From positions 32,001-96,000 of the forward strand of contig JBHGAY010000003.1 of NCBI GenBank assembly GCA_041946735.1: 64,000 nt of DNA. Reading direction: 5' to 3'. The notes under the pieces are model-generated. The model did no database searches, was not told the DNA's origin, and worked only from the letters and a program-made list of their open reading frames with translations. Shown one piece after another: positions 1-9,961 of the stretch. Within the stretch, counting starts at the first letter, position 1, and each line of letters begins with the position of its first letter. The translations under genes were made by a program, and so were the position numbers. This DNA is from Candidatus Eiseniibacteriota bacterium (lineage in GTDB: Bacteria; Eisenbacteria; RBG-16-71-46; CAIMUX01; VGJL01).

Positions 1-533
1 AGATCCACGCCGAGAAGGACGGCGAGCACGTAGATCAGGATCGTCTGCGAGCAGCCCCGAACGCCGGCGGACAGCGCCTTTCCGAGGACGAGCGCACCGC
101 GCGGCGTCGGAGAGGCGAGAAACTTGTGCACGATCCCGAGGTCGCGCTCCCAGATGATCGCGATCCCGTAGAAGATCGCGATGAAGAGAACCCCCTGAGC
201 GAGGATTCCGGGGGTCATGAAGTCGATGTAGCGCAGCCCGCCCGTCGGGATCGCGCGGGTGCGTCCCAGGACCTGGCCGAAGACGAGCAGCCACAGCACG
301 GGCTGGACGGCGCGAGTGATCAGCTCCGTCGGTTCATGCCGGAGCTTACGCGCCTCCAGCTCGACGATCGCGAAGGTCTTGACCGTGAACTCGCGGAAGG
401 CGCCCGCGGCGCGCGCCGCGATTCCCGCCGGCCGCCCGCCTGAGGCCTCCGGGGATGCGCCGGCGGAACCGGGCGCGGGTCTCGTCCGCTCAGCCGAGCC
501 TTCGCGCAGTGCGTCTTGCCCGTGAGGTGTCAC
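1..533 (-). CDS. ABC-2 type transporter permease (DrrB-like), partial (runs off window start)
   Basis: Manual translation: ...ELEARKLRHEPTELITRAVQPVLWLLVFG...YIDFMTPGILAQGVLFIAIFYGIAIIWERDLG...; in-frame GTG at 533 preceded by GGAGG; overlaps the ATPase 3' end. Confidence 0.85.
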   Translation of the reverse strand, partial: MTPHGQDALREGSAERTRPAPGSAGASPEASGGRPAGIAARAAGAFREFTVKTFAIVELEARKLRHEPTELITRAVQPVLWLLVFGQVLGRTRAIPTGGLRYIDFMTPGILAQGVLFIAIFYGIAIIWERDLGIVHKFLASPTPRGALVLGKALSAGVRGCSQTILIYVLAVLLGVD

Positions 534-1314
534 GATAGCTTCCTCCCGTTTCGCCGTTGCCCAGCGCGGCCCCGGTGTAGTGCGCGAAGACGTCGTCGAG
601 GGTCAGGACGGCGCTCTCCCCGGCGCCCCGTTCCCGCCGCACCGCTTCCTTCAGCTCCTCGGGGCTTCCGACGGCGACTTTCCGGCCGAGGTGCAGGATC
701 GCCACCCGCCCGCAATACTCGTCGGCCTCCTCCATCGCGTGCGTCGTCAACAGGATCGTCGTCCCGTACTGAGCGCGAAGTCGCTCGACGTGCTCCCAGA
801 CCGTCCTTCGCGCGGTCGGATCGAGCCCTACCGTCGGCTCGTCGAGGAACAGGAGGGCGGGACGGTGAAGCATCGAGCCGGCGACCTCGAGCCGCCGGAT
901 CATCCCGCCCGAATAGGTGCGGACGAGCCGGTCGGCGGCGTCCGCGAGCCCGGTCATCTCCAGCGCCTCGCCGATCCGCGCGGTCCGCTCGGATCTCGGG
1001 ACGTCGTAGAGCTTCGAGAAGATGAGAAGATTCTCGCGGCCGGTCAGGGTGCCGTCTGCGGAGAGGAGCTGCGGAACGTAGCCGATCACGCGCCTGACTC
1101 GAGAGGGCTGCCGGACGATGTCGAATCCCGCGACCTCGGCCGTTCCCGCTGAAGGGGGCAGAAGCGTCGTGAGCATCTTGATGGCCGTCGTCTTGCCCGC
1201 GCCGTTCGGCCCGAGGAGCCCGAAAATCTCCCCCGCCTCGATGCTGATCGTCAGGCCGTCGACCGCCGTGATGGAACCGAACCGCCGCGTGAGCCCCTCG
1301 GTTCGCAGGATCAT
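490..1314 (-). CDS. ABC transporter ATP-binding protein (DrrA-like)
   Basis: Walker A GPNGAGKTT, signature YSGGM, Walker B LFLDEPT, TTH; start MILRTEGL at 1314 overlaps the MarR stop (the upstream part of the 657 aa ORF is spurious). Confidence 0.92.
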   Translation of the reverse strand: MILRTEGLTRRFGSITAVDGLTISIEAGEIFGLLGPNGAGKTTAIKMLTTLLPPSAGTAEVAGFDIVRQPSRVRRVIGYVPQLLSADGTLTGRENLLIFSKLYDVPRSERTARIGEALEMTGLADAADRLVRTYSGGMIRRLEVAGSMLHRPALLFLDEPTVGLDPTARRTVWEHVERLRAQYGTTILLTTHAMEEADEYCGRVAILHLGRKVAVGSPEELKEAVRRERGAGESAVLTLDDVFAHYTGAALGNGETGGSYRDTSRARRTARRLG

Positions 1315-1754
1315 GCCCGATCCTCCTCGAACAGGCCGCGAAGCGCCTGCATCGCTCGAAGCATCTCGCCTCTCGCCTCCTGCGGCAGCGGGGAGAGACG
1401 GCGAGCGATCGATCGCCTCCCCGCCGCTCGGACGCGGCGCACCAGGTCCGCTCCCTCGCGGGTGAGGGACAGAGCGACCCGGCGACGGTCGTCGCGCGAC
1501 TCGACGCGGCGAACCAGGCCGCGGTCGACGAGTCCGTCCACAAGCTTCGACATCGACGGGAGGGTCAGGCCGATGTGGTCCGCCACTCGGGAAAGCGAGG
1601 ATTCGGGTTTCCTGCCGATATAGAGAAGGGTCCGGAACTGGGGGATCGTCAGGTCGGAGCCGCGGATGCGGCGCATTTCGCTGCGGATCGCCGCCATCAC
1701 GAGAGGCACCGTTTCGAGGATCTCCCGCGCGCAGGTTTCGGGCGTAGCCGGCAT
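1311..1754 (-). CDS. MarR family transcriptional regulator
   Basis: LTIPQFRTL...SMSKLVDGLVDRGLVRR..DDRR...LTREG winged-helix pattern; AGGAG RBS. Confidence 0.92.
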   Translation of the reverse strand: MPATPETCAREILETVPLVMAAIRSEMRRIRGSDLTIPQFRTLLYIGRKPESSLSRVADHIGLTLPSMSKLVDGLVDRGLVRRVESRDDRRRVALSLTREGADLVRRVRAAGRRSIARRLSPLPQEARGEMLRAMQALRGLFEEDRA

Positions 1755-1768
1755 GCTTCGTTCTCCTA

Positions 1769-1789
1769 ATGGTTCGACATTCGAACCAT
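1769..1789. promoter_or_regulatory. Perfect inverted repeat, candidate MarR operator
   Basis: ATGGTTCGA-cat-TCGAACCAT (9 bp arms), about 15 bp upstream of the marR start in the divergent intergenic region. Confidence 0.6.
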
Positions 1790-2077
1790 AGCACGGCGCG
1801 GGGCGTGCTTCCGCGTCGCTCCTCCGGATGCGCGCGCGCCCGGCTCCGCTCGCGCGTCGCCGGAGCGGGCGGTTGCGCGGGCGTGCGCGCGCAGCCCCCG
1901 GCGGAGTACCATGGGGCGCCAGCGCCGGGGCGGGCTGCCAGGGCGGGCTTCCGAGCCGCCGCCGGCCGCTGCCGGGCCGCTGTCGGGCGGCTGCCGAGTC
2001 GCTGCCGAGCCGTTGCGGAACGGCCTGGGTGGGGAAGACTTCCCCGGAAACCGAAGACAGCGCGGAGATCGTCGAAG

Positions 2078-3358
2078 ATGAAACGAAAGCATTGGGTCGT
2101 CCTTCTCGCGATCGTGGTCGTCGCCGGCGGCGCGGGGGCCGGCGCCGCTCTACGCGGCCGCGGCGACAAGGCGCTCGAGGTCCAGACCTCCACCGCGGAC
2201 CGGGGCAAGATCGTGCAGAAGGTCAGCGCGACGGGGAAGATCCAACCGAAGACCAAGGTGGAGATCAGCGCGGACGTGAGCGCGAAGATCACCCAGCTCC
2301 CGGTCGTCGAAGGGCAGTGGGTCGAGAAGGGAGCGTTCCTCGTCGGGCTCGACCGCGAGCGGTACACGGCCGCGGTCGAGAGCGCGGAGGCGAACGTTCG
2401 CTCCGCCGAGGCTTCGGCGGAGCTGGTTCGCAGGACGATGGAACGCACCGAGAAGGAGTTCAAGCGAGCCCAACAGCTCCAGGGAACCGGGCTGCAGTCG
2501 GACTCCGACTACGAGGCGAAGGAGTCCGCCTATCAGGTCGAGGCGGCCCGCTACCAGTCCGTCCTCGATCAGGTCGCTCAGGCCAAGGCGGCATTGAAGC
2601 AGGCGAAGGACGATCTTTCGAAGACGAGCATCTACGCTCCGATGGCGGGAACGATCAGCGCCTTGAACAAGGAGCTGGGGGAAATCGCCCTCGGCTCGCA
2701 GTTCCAGAAGGACGTGATCATGATCGTCGCCGACCTGTCGGCGATGGAGGCGCAGGTCAACGTCGACGAGAACGACATCGTGTCGATCGACCTCGGCCAG
2801 GATGCCGAGATCGCGGTCGATGCGATGCCCGGGACGACGCTGCACGGGCAGGTCAGCGAAATCTCGAACAGCGCCAACCTGTCCTCGTCCGGGACGTTGG
2901 AGCAGAAGACGGAATTCGAGATCAAGATCGCGATCGCCGATCCTCCGCAGGCCTTGCGGCCGGGAATGACGGCAAGCGCGGAGATCCTGACGAAGACGAG
3001 CGAGAACGCGCTGCGCGTCCCGCTCCAAAGCGTCGCCGTCCGGACCATCGATCAACTCCTGAAGAGAGGGGAGAAGCGCGAGGATCTCGAGAAGCGCTTC
3101 CGGACGGACGAAGACGGTTTCGCCGAGATCGTCTTTCGCGTCGAGAAGGGCAAAGCGATCGCCGTCCCGGTGAAGACCGGCATCCAGAGCGACGAGTACA
3201 TCGAGATCCTGGACGGCCTTGCCGAAGGCGACGCGGTCGTTTCGGGCAGCTATCGAGCGATCTCCCGGGACCTGGAAAACGGGGGCGCCGTGACGGTGAG
3301 CAAGGAACGCAAGACGGTCCGCGAGCGGGAGGTCGCCGGTGATCCTCGGACGATGTGA
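2078..3358 (+). CDS. Efflux periplasmic adaptor (MacA/HlyD-like membrane fusion protein)
   Basis: N-terminal TM (MKRKHWVVLLAIVVV), VSATGKIQP, lipoyl-hybrid IYAPMAGTI, VDENDI, LRPGMTA. Confidence 0.9.
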   Translation: MKRKHWVVLLAIVVVAGGAGAGAALRGRGDKALEVQTSTADRGKIVQKVSATGKIQPKTKVEISADVSAKITQLPVVEGQWVEKGAFLVGLDRERYTAAVESAEANVRSAEASAELVRRTMERTEKEFKRAQQLQGTGLQSDSDYEAKESAYQVEAARYQSVLDQVAQAKAALKQAKDDLSKTSIYAPMAGTISALNKELGEIALGSQFQKDVIMIVADLSAMEAQVNVDENDIVSIDLGQDAEIAVDAMPGTTLHGQVSEISNSANLSSSGTLEQKTEFEIKIAIADPPQALRPGMTASAEILTKTSENALRVPLQSVAVRTIDQLLKRGEKREDLEKRFRTDEDGFAEIVFRVEKGKAIAVPVKTGIQSDEYIEILDGLAEGDAVVSGSYRAISRDLENGGAVTVSKERKTVREREVAGDPRTM

Positions 3359-4650
3359 CGCCCGGCGCTCCACCCCGGGTCGCGCCTGAACGAGACCGGG
3401 ATGGCCCGCCGATGAGACTCGCCACCGATCTCGGGACGGCCCTCGGCATCGCCTACGACGCCGTCCGAGCCAACAAAGTCCGCGGCGCGTTGACCACGCT
3501 CGGAATCATCATCGGCATCGTCGCCGTCGTGCTCACCATGACCGCCGCCAATGGGCTTCGCGATCGCTTTCGGGAGAGCTTCTCCGCCGTCGGCACCGAC
3601 GTCCTCTACGTCTCCCGGATCCCCTGGGTGACGATGAACGACTTCTTCCTCTATCGGAACCGGCCGAACATCGATCTCCGGGAGGCGCGGGCGCTCGAGA
3701 GGAACCTGCGAGGCAAGGCGCTGGTCAATCCATCCATCGAGGGGCGCCTCGATCTGAAGTACCGCTCGGAGGTCATGGAGGACGTCAGCATCATCGGGAC
3801 GACCGACAAGCAGACGCGAATGTCCAGCGCGCAGCCGCAGACCGGCCGCTTCCTGATCGCCTCGGACGTCGCCTTCAAGAAGAGGGTGTGCGTCATCGGC
3901 ACCGACGTGCGGGAAGGGTTGTTCGGAACGGCGGATCCGATCCAGAAGTCGATCAGGATCGGCCGGGCCGAGTTCCGTGTGATCGGCGTGATGGAGAAGC
4001 AGGGCGGCAGCTTCCTCGGCGGACCGAACTTCGACCGGCAGATCTTCATTCCGATCACCTCCTACTTGAGTGCCTTCGGCGGCGGCCACCGGCGGGAGGA
4101 CGTGAACGTCGCCGTGAAAGCGCCCTCGCCGGAGGCGCTGGCCGATCTGGAGTACGAAGTGACGGGGGAGATGCGAAAGATCCGCTCCCTCCGTCCGGCC
4201 GAACCGGACAACTTCGCAATCAACAAGCTTGACACGCTCGTCGGGTCGTTCAACAACGTGATGGGGATCGTCCTGCTGGTCGGCCTGCTCGTCACCAGCA
4301 TCTCCCTGTTCGTCGGCGCGATCGGGGTGATGAACATCATGTTCGTCTCGGTTACCGAGCGCACGCGCGAAATCGGGATCCGGAAGGCGATTGGCGCCAC
4401 CCGGAAGAGCATCCTGCTGCAGTTCCTGTTCGAGTCGGCGTCGATCTGCCTGCTCGGTGGGATCCTCGGCATCTGCCTCGCGGCGGTCCTGACCGCCGTC
4501 ATCGATGCGGTGCTCATGCCGGCGAGCCTGTCGATCCCGATCCTGATCGTCGCCGTCGTCATTTCGGTCAGCGTCGGAGTCTTGGCCGGCGTGGCGCCAG
4601 CCTACCGGGGCGCACGCATGGATCCGATCGAGGCGCTGCGCTATGAGTAG
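3355..4650 (+). CDS. MacB/FtsX-like ABC permease (no nucleotide-binding domain)
   Basis: NKVRGALTTLGIIIG, MNIMFVSVTERTREIGIRKAIGA, C-terminal DPIEALRYE; start may be ATG 3412. Confidence 0.92.
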   Translation: MTPGAPPRVAPERDRDGPPMRLATDLGTALGIAYDAVRANKVRGALTTLGIIIGIVAVVLTMTAANGLRDRFRESFSAVGTDVLYVSRIPWVTMNDFFLYRNRPNIDLREARALERNLRGKALVNPSIEGRLDLKYRSEVMEDVSIIGTTDKQTRMSSAQPQTGRFLIASDVAFKKRVCVIGTDVREGLFGTADPIQKSIRIGRAEFRVIGVMEKQGGSFLGGPNFDRQIFIPITSYLSAFGGGHRREDVNVAVKAPSPEALADLEYEVTGEMRKIRSLRPAEPDNFAINKLDTLVGSFNNVMGIVLLVGLLVTSISLFVGAIGVMNIMFVSVTERTREIGIRKAIGATRKSILLQFLFESASICLLGGILGICLAAVLTAVIDAVLMPASLSIPILIVAVVISVSVGVLAGVAPAYRGARMDPIEALRYE

Positions 4651-4694
4651 GTCGAGTCGTTCCGCCATCGGTTCCTCTTCCCCGAGGGGTCGCC

Positions 4695-5942
4695 ATGCTC
4701 TTCCGTGACATCTTCGGGATGGCTTGGGCTGCGCTCGTCACGAACAAGCTCCGGTCCTTGCTGACCCTTGTCGGCATCATCGCAGGCGTTGCGTCGATCA
4801 TCGCCGTCATGACGGCGATCTCGGTCGTGCAGGGGACGATGGAGAAGGAGATGAGCGTCCTGGGCGCCCAGGTCTTCCAGGTGCAGAAGTGGCCGGCCGG
4901 CGGCTTCCACTCGGATCGCGAGCGGCGGAGAGCGCGCAATCGTCCTCCGATTACGCTGGAGAACGCGCAGGCGATTCGCGAACAGGTCTCCTCGGTGGAT
5001 CTGGTCGGCTGCGAGATCTGGGACTTCGGATTTCGTGCGGAGTACAAGGGGGAGAGCACCAACCCGAACATCGCGATCGTCGGCGGAACGCCGGAGTACG
5101 CCCCGAACAATACGCACTCGGTCGGGATCGGGCGAAACGTCTCGCAGATGGACGTGCGAAGCGCGCGAAACGTCGCCGTCATCGGTTACGCCATCGGCAG
5201 GAAGCTCTTTCCCTTCATCGATCCGATCGGGAAAAGCATCCGTGTCGATGGCCGCAAGTACGAGGTCATCGGGGTGTTCGACGAGAAGAAGTCGGCCTTC
5301 GGGGGGAACTTCGACAACTACGTCCTGATCCCCGTCTCGACGTTCGTCAAGACCTACGGGATGGTGGGGAGGGACGGCTTCACCCGCTCGGTGAACATTA
5401 CCGTGCGAGCGAAGACGCCGGCGCTGATCGAAGACGCCATGGAGCAGACGCGCCAGGTCATGCGCCACGAACGCCGCCTGAAGCCGAGCGAGCCCGATAA
5501 CTTCGACTTCTTCAGCAGCCAAAGCCTGATCACGCAGTTCAACCGGATGAGCCAGGGAGTCAAGATCGCGGCCTTCCTGATTGGGACGATCGCCCTGGTC
5601 GTGGCCGGCGTCGGGATCATGAACATCATGCTCGTGGCAGTCACGGAGCGGACCCGGGAGATCGGGATCCGCAAGGCGCTGGGAGCGAAACGGCGGAGTA
5701 TCCTCGCGCAGTTTCTTCTCGAGGCGGTCATCCTCTGCAACCTCGGCGGGGCGGTCGGTGTCGCGATCGGATTCGGGCTGGGCAACGCGGTGACGATGTT
5801 CACGCAGTTCCAGGCGCGCGTCCCGCTCGAATGGGCCGGGATCGGCCTGCTTTTCTGCAGCGCTGTCGGCGTCGCCTTCGGCTTCCTGCCGGCCCTCCGG
5901 GCGGCGCGCCTGCACCCGGTCGAGGCCCTCCGTTACGAGTGA
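4695..5942 (+). CDS. MacB/FtsX-like ABC permease, second copy
   Basis: NKLRSLLTLVGIIAG, MNIMLVAVTERTREIGIRKALGA, C-terminal PVEALRYE. Confidence 0.92.
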   Translation: MLFRDIFGMAWAALVTNKLRSLLTLVGIIAGVASIIAVMTAISVVQGTMEKEMSVLGAQVFQVQKWPAGGFHSDRERRRARNRPPITLENAQAIREQVSSVDLVGCEIWDFGFRAEYKGESTNPNIAIVGGTPEYAPNNTHSVGIGRNVSQMDVRSARNVAVIGYAIGRKLFPFIDPIGKSIRVDGRKYEVIGVFDEKKSAFGGNFDNYVLIPVSTFVKTYGMVGRDGFTRSVNITVRAKTPALIEDAMEQTRQVMRHERRLKPSEPDNFDFFSSQSLITQFNRMSQGVKIAAFLIGTIALVVAGVGIMNIMLVAVTERTREIGIRKALGAKRRSILAQFLLEAVILCNLGGAVGVAIGFGLGNAVTMFTQFQARVPLEWAGIGLLFCSAVGVAFGFLPALRAARLHPVEALRYE

Positions 5943-6007
5943 TTCGCCCGGGCGGGTGATTCGCTGGACGGGCGTGCCGGCGCGCATGGCGGCGCGCGTC
6001 CCGGCGC

Positions 6008-6036
6008 TTGACCCGCGGTCTTCCGGCGCCTACCGT
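6008..6036 (+). promoter_or_regulatory. sigma70-type promoter, probably giving a leaderless transcript
   Basis: TTGACC-N17-TACCGT, ATG 8 nt downstream, no SD. Confidence 0.55.
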
Positions 6037-6044
6037 CCCGCCCG

Positions 6045-7121
6045 ATGAGCAGCCGCCCGACCGTCTACCTGCGTCGCGTCCCCCTGGGGGAACCCGCCTC
6101 CTGGCCGCATGCCGTCGAGTCGCTCCTCGACGCCTCCGGCCTCCTCGCCGATCTCGTAGAGCCCGAAGCCGAGGTGGCGATCAAGGTGCATGTCGGCGAG
6201 CCCGGCGTCGCCACGGCGCTGCCGGCCGTCGTCGCCGGAGCCGCGGCCGGCAAGGTTCGCGCTCTCGGCGGGCGCCCGTTCTTCACCGACACGGCGGTCC
6301 TCTACGGCGGTCCCCGGAGCACCGGTGTCGGGCACGCCGAAGTGGCGGCGAAGCATGGCTTCACGCTCGAAGATGCCGGAGCGATCTTCGTCCCCGCCGA
6401 CGGCATGCTCGGGAACCTCGAGATCGAGGTCGCGGTCGACGGCCGCCACTATGCGAGCGTCGGCGTCGCCGAGGCGGTCGCGGAGGCGAACGCCATGCTC
6501 GTCGTCTCCCACGCGACGGGCCACCTGCTGTCGGGATTCGGGGCGACGTTGAAGAACATCGGAATGGGTTGCTCCTCGAAGAAGGGGAAGCTCCTTCAGC
6601 ACAGCGAGACGAAGCCGTTCGTGAAGCAGGACCTCTGCGGATCCTGCGGACTCTGCGTCGTCCATTGCCCGACCGGCGCCCTCTCGCTCAACGGCGGCCC
6701 GGCGCGGATCGACGAGTCGCTCTGCAGCGGCTGCGGCGAATGCCTCGCCCAGTGCCGATCCGGCGCCATCGGATTCCGATGGGACATCGGCCCGGCCACC
6801 ATGCAGGAAAAGATGGTCGAGCACGCGCTCGGCACGATCCGCTCGCTCGATGGCAAGCTCCTCTACCTGACCGGGATCGTCAACGTGACGCAGCATTGCG
6901 ATTGCCTGCCCTCCGGCTCGCCGGTGATCGCCTCCGACGTCGGTTTCGCGCTCTCCAGCGATCCGGTCGCCCTCGACCAGGCCACCGTGGACCTCGTCGA
7001 AGAGGTGGCCGGAACCCGCCTGGACCGGCTGGCCTTCCCGCACCTCGATGGCTCCGTGCAGCTCGCGTACGCGGAACAGCTCGGGCTCGGCAGCCGGGAG
7101 TACGAGCTCTCCGTCCTCTAG
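6045..7121 (+). CDS. DUF362-type protein with 2x[4Fe-4S] ferredoxin domain
   Basis: AIKVHVGEPG, LYGGPRS, GH..SGFGATLKNIGMGCSS, CxxCxxCxxxCP and CxxCxxCxxxC, CDC, DPVALDQA. Confidence 0.85.
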   Translation: MSSRPTVYLRRVPLGEPASWPHAVESLLDASGLLADLVEPEAEVAIKVHVGEPGVATALPAVVAGAAAGKVRALGGRPFFTDTAVLYGGPRSTGVGHAEVAAKHGFTLEDAGAIFVPADGMLGNLEIEVAVDGRHYASVGVAEAVAEANAMLVVSHATGHLLSGFGATLKNIGMGCSSKKGKLLQHSETKPFVKQDLCGSCGLCVVHCPTGALSLNGGPARIDESLCSGCGECLAQCRSGAIGFRWDIGPATMQEKMVEHALGTIRSLDGKLLYLTGIVNVTQHCDCLPSGSPVIASDVGFALSSDPVALDQATVDLVEEVAGTRLDRLAFPHLDGSVQLAYAEQLGLGSREYELSVL

Positions 7122-7167
7122 CCCGCCGTTAGCCCCGCCGCCGAAGTACGAGCTCTGCGTCCTCTGA
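7099..7167 (+). repeat. Direct repeat of the gene 3' end including a stop codon
   Basis: AGTACGAGCTCTCCGTCCTCT(AG) at 7099-7121 vs AGTACGAGCTCTGCGTCCTCT(GA) at 7145-7167; 20/21 identical. Confidence 0.85.
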
Positions 7168-7239
7168 ATCCTGGCGCAGCTTCTGCTATCCTTGTCGCCG
7201 GCTTCCGGCTGCTCGAGCCGCAAGCAGAAGGAGGAGCCG

Positions 7240-7719
7240 ATGAGCATGGAAATCGTGCAAAGGGCGGCCGCGCAGGTGGTCGGGATCGCGGCCCGCATCG
7301 ATCCGACGAAGGCGGACTACGGCGAGCTGTGGGGAAAGCGGTTCGCCCCCCGCGAGGAAGAGGTCCGCTCTTTGACGGGCGCCCAGGGCTGCTGCGGGAT
7401 CTACTACGGCACCGGAGAGCCGGGCCAGGTGGACTTCGTCGCCGGCATGCTCGACACGAGGCCGTCGCAGGCCGCCGCGGGCGGCGCGGTCGCTTTGGCG
7501 AACGATCTGGTGCGTCGCGAAGTTCCAGGCGGCCAGTACGCCCACTTCCGCTGCACCCTGGCGACGATCGGATCGACGTGGCACCGCATCTACGGGCAGG
7601 AGCTCCCCGGTTCGGACTATGCCGAAGACGAGGGACGTCCCTGCCTGGAGGAGTATCCGCCGGACGCGCGCGGGCCGGACACGCCGGTCTCGATCTACGT
7701 CCCGATCCGGCCGAAGTAG
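7240..7719 (+). CDS. GyrI-like small-molecule-binding (effector) domain protein
   Basis: VVGIAAR, LW..F, VPGGQYAHF, IYGQELPGS, EEY, SIYVPI; GGAGG RBS before ATG 7240. Confidence 0.8.
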   Translation: MSMEIVQRAAAQVVGIAARIDPTKADYGELWGKRFAPREEEVRSLTGAQGCCGIYYGTGEPGQVDFVAGMLDTRPSQAAAGGAVALANDLVRREVPGGQYAHFRCTLATIGSTWHRIYGQELPGSDYAEDEGRPCLEEYPPDARGPDTPVSIYVPIRPK

Positions 7720-7747
7720 GCCGATCCGGACGAGATAGCCGGCGAGC

Positions 7748-8827
7748 CTACTCGCGGGCGGGCGCCAGCGCGCGCTCGAAGAACTGCGCGACGCGCACGA
7801 AGAACGCCGGGTAGTCGACGAACTCCGGGCCGTTCGCGCCGCCGTGCTCGGCGCCCGGAACGATCCACACCTCCTTCGGTCCCGCGAGCTTCTCCGCGAT
7901 GCGCTCGCTCATCCATGGCGGTGTCCGTACGTCCTTCTCGCCGACGATGAGCAGGACGGGGATGCGCACGCGCTCCGCCGCGCGGATCGGTAGCAGCGAG
8001 TCCGGGTAGGCTTCGGGAGCCTGGAACGCGCGATCGGGCATGACCGTCCGGAGGATCGGCAGGATGTCTTCGAAGGACGTAAGCAGCGCGCGCCCCGCGA
8101 AGGCCGCGATCTCCGGACGGTCGGCGGCCGTCGAGAACGAGAGGTACGCGCCGGTCGAGTACCCGAAGAGCCCGATTCGCGCCGGATCTACATCCGGGCG
8201 TTGCTCGATCGCGTCGAGCACCGCGGCGTAGTCGGTCAGGAACTCCGCGTAGCAGAGGCGATCCCGTTCCATCTCCCCTTCGGCCGGCCAGAGGTCGCTC
8301 TCGCCGAAGCCGCGCCAGTCGAACGTCACCGCGTTCATCCCCCTCGTGCAGAGGTGATACGCGTAGAGAATGTTCTGCGTCATGTTGCCGGCGTCGCCGC
8401 TCGCGATGACGACGGTCGGCGGTCGATCCGCCGGTGCGCGCCGCGCCGTGCCCGGCGCCCCGCCCAGCGGCGCTCGGGCCGGAGCGCGCTTCAGGGAATC
8501 GGGCACCGGGACGAGGCGCCCCACCAGATCGTTCGCGATCCCGGCCGTGTCCTGAGCGGGATAGAACCAGACGCAAAGCCCCACGCCGTCGGGCGTCCGG
8601 ACCGACAGCGGCTCATAGACGATCCCGTAGTCGGAAGGAACGGCCGGATAGCCATGCATCGGCTTCAGCGCTGCCGCGGGATGCGCCGCGGCGAGAAGCA
8701 GGAGTGCGAGGAGGATCGAGACGGCGGCATCGCCCGCGAGCGGAGGCAGGAGACGACGGAGCGGCGAGACGTCCGCCGGCGAGCCGGCGGAAACGAAGTG
8801 AGACAACGTGGAGCAATTGCGGCCCAT
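7748..8827 (-). CDS. Exported alpha/beta hydrolase
   Basis: Signal-like LLALLLLAAAHPAAA, FDWRGFGES, nucleophile GYSTG, GEKD, GAEH; true start uncertain (probably downstream of 8827). Confidence 0.8.
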   Translation of the reverse strand: MGRNCSTLSHFVSAGSPADVSPLRRLLPPLAGDAAVSILLALLLLAAAHPAAALKPMHGYPAVPSDYGIVYEPLSVRTPDGVGLCVWFYPAQDTAGIANDLVGRLVPVPDSLKRAPARAPLGGAPGTARRAPADRPPTVVIASGDAGNMTQNILYAYHLCTRGMNAVTFDWRGFGESDLWPAEGEMERDRLCYAEFLTDYAAVLDAIEQRPDVDPARIGLFGYSTGAYLSFSTAADRPEIAAFAGRALLTSFEDILPILRTVMPDRAFQAPEAYPDSLLPIRAAERVRIPVLLIVGEKDVRTPPWMSERIAEKLAGPKEVWIVPGAEHGGANGPEFVDYPAFFVRVAQFFERALAPARE

Positions 8828-8964
8828 GGAAGGTTCCCCCTTTCCCGTCGCGCACCGTACTCCCTCGGGCTGCAGGGTGCCAAGGGGATCGACGGAACGG
8901 CACGATACCGCGTGGACGAGCGCCGGCTTGCGGTCGCCCGGCGCGCGCTCCTAAGCTCGCTGCC

Positions 8965-9918
8965 ATGCCCATGCTCGACAAGCGCCCGCAGTCGATCGCG
9001 ACGGCCCTGCCCCTGCCGGTCGCGGCGAGGAACCTGACAAAGTCGTACGACGGTTTGACCGCCGTCGCCGGCATCGACTTCGACGTGCGCCCCGGCGAGT
9101 GTCTCGGCTTTCTCGGTCCCAATGGAGCGGGCAAGACGACGACCGTGCGGATGGTTTCCTGCTTCACACCGATCACGTCGGGGATGGTCCGCGTGTTCGG
9201 TCTCGATGTGACGCGGAGCCCGCGCGCGATCAAGGCGCTCCTCGGCATCTGCCCGCAAGAGGACAATCTCGACCCGGACTTCAGCGTTCGGAAGAACCTC
9301 CTCACCTATGCCCGCTACTACGGGATACCGCCGGCCGAGGCGCGGAGTCGCGCGGACGGCCTTCTGGCGATGATGCAGCTCGAGGAGCGGGCAAGCTCGA
9401 AGATCCAGGAGCTTTCCGGGGGAATGAAGAGGCGCCTCGTCCTCGCGCGCGCGCTGCTGAACCATCCACGGCTCCTGATCCTCGACGAACCGACGACCGG
9501 CCTGGATCCTCCGGCGCGTCACATGATCTGGCAGCGCGTTCGCCAACTCCAGGCGCAGGGGACGAGCATCCTCATCACGACGCACTACATGGAGGAGGCG
9601 TCGCAGCTCTGCGATCGTGTGATCCTGATGGATCAGGGGAAGATCCTGCTCGAGGGGACGCCGGAGGATCTGGTGCGCCGGGAGGTCGGCGCGGAGGTGA
9701 TGGAGGTCTGGAACTACGAGCCCGAGGTCCTCGCCTTCCTGAAGGAGCAGGGATGGCCGCACGAGCTGCTCGAGGATCGCGTGCACGTCTACCTGCCTCC
9801 CGAGGAGGATGGAGCGCATCGCTTCGGCGAACGGTTCCCGCATCAGGAACGTCTGCTGCGCCGGGCGACGCTCGAGGACGTGTTCCTCAGGCGCGCCGGG
9901 CGCGGACTGCGCGACTGA
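8965..9918 (+). CDS. ABC transporter ATP-binding protein (NodI-like)
   Basis: GPNGAGKTT, PQEDNLDPD, LSGGMKRRL, ILDEPTTGLDP, TTHYMEEA. Confidence 0.9.
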   Translation: MPMLDKRPQSIATALPLPVAARNLTKSYDGLTAVAGIDFDVRPGECLGFLGPNGAGKTTTVRMVSCFTPITSGMVRVFGLDVTRSPRAIKALLGICPQEDNLDPDFSVRKNLLTYARYYGIPPAEARSRADGLLAMMQLEERASSKIQELSGGMKRRLVLARALLNHPRLLILDEPTTGLDPPARHMIWQRVRQLQAQGTSILITTHYMEEASQLCDRVILMDQGKILLEGTPEDLVRREVGAEVMEVWNYEPEVLAFLKEQGWPHELLEDRVHVYLPPEEDGAHRFGERFPHQERLLRRATLEDVFLRRAGRGLRD

Positions 9919-9961
9919 GCGAACGGAGCAAACTGAGCGAACCGAGCGAGAGGAGGAGCGG

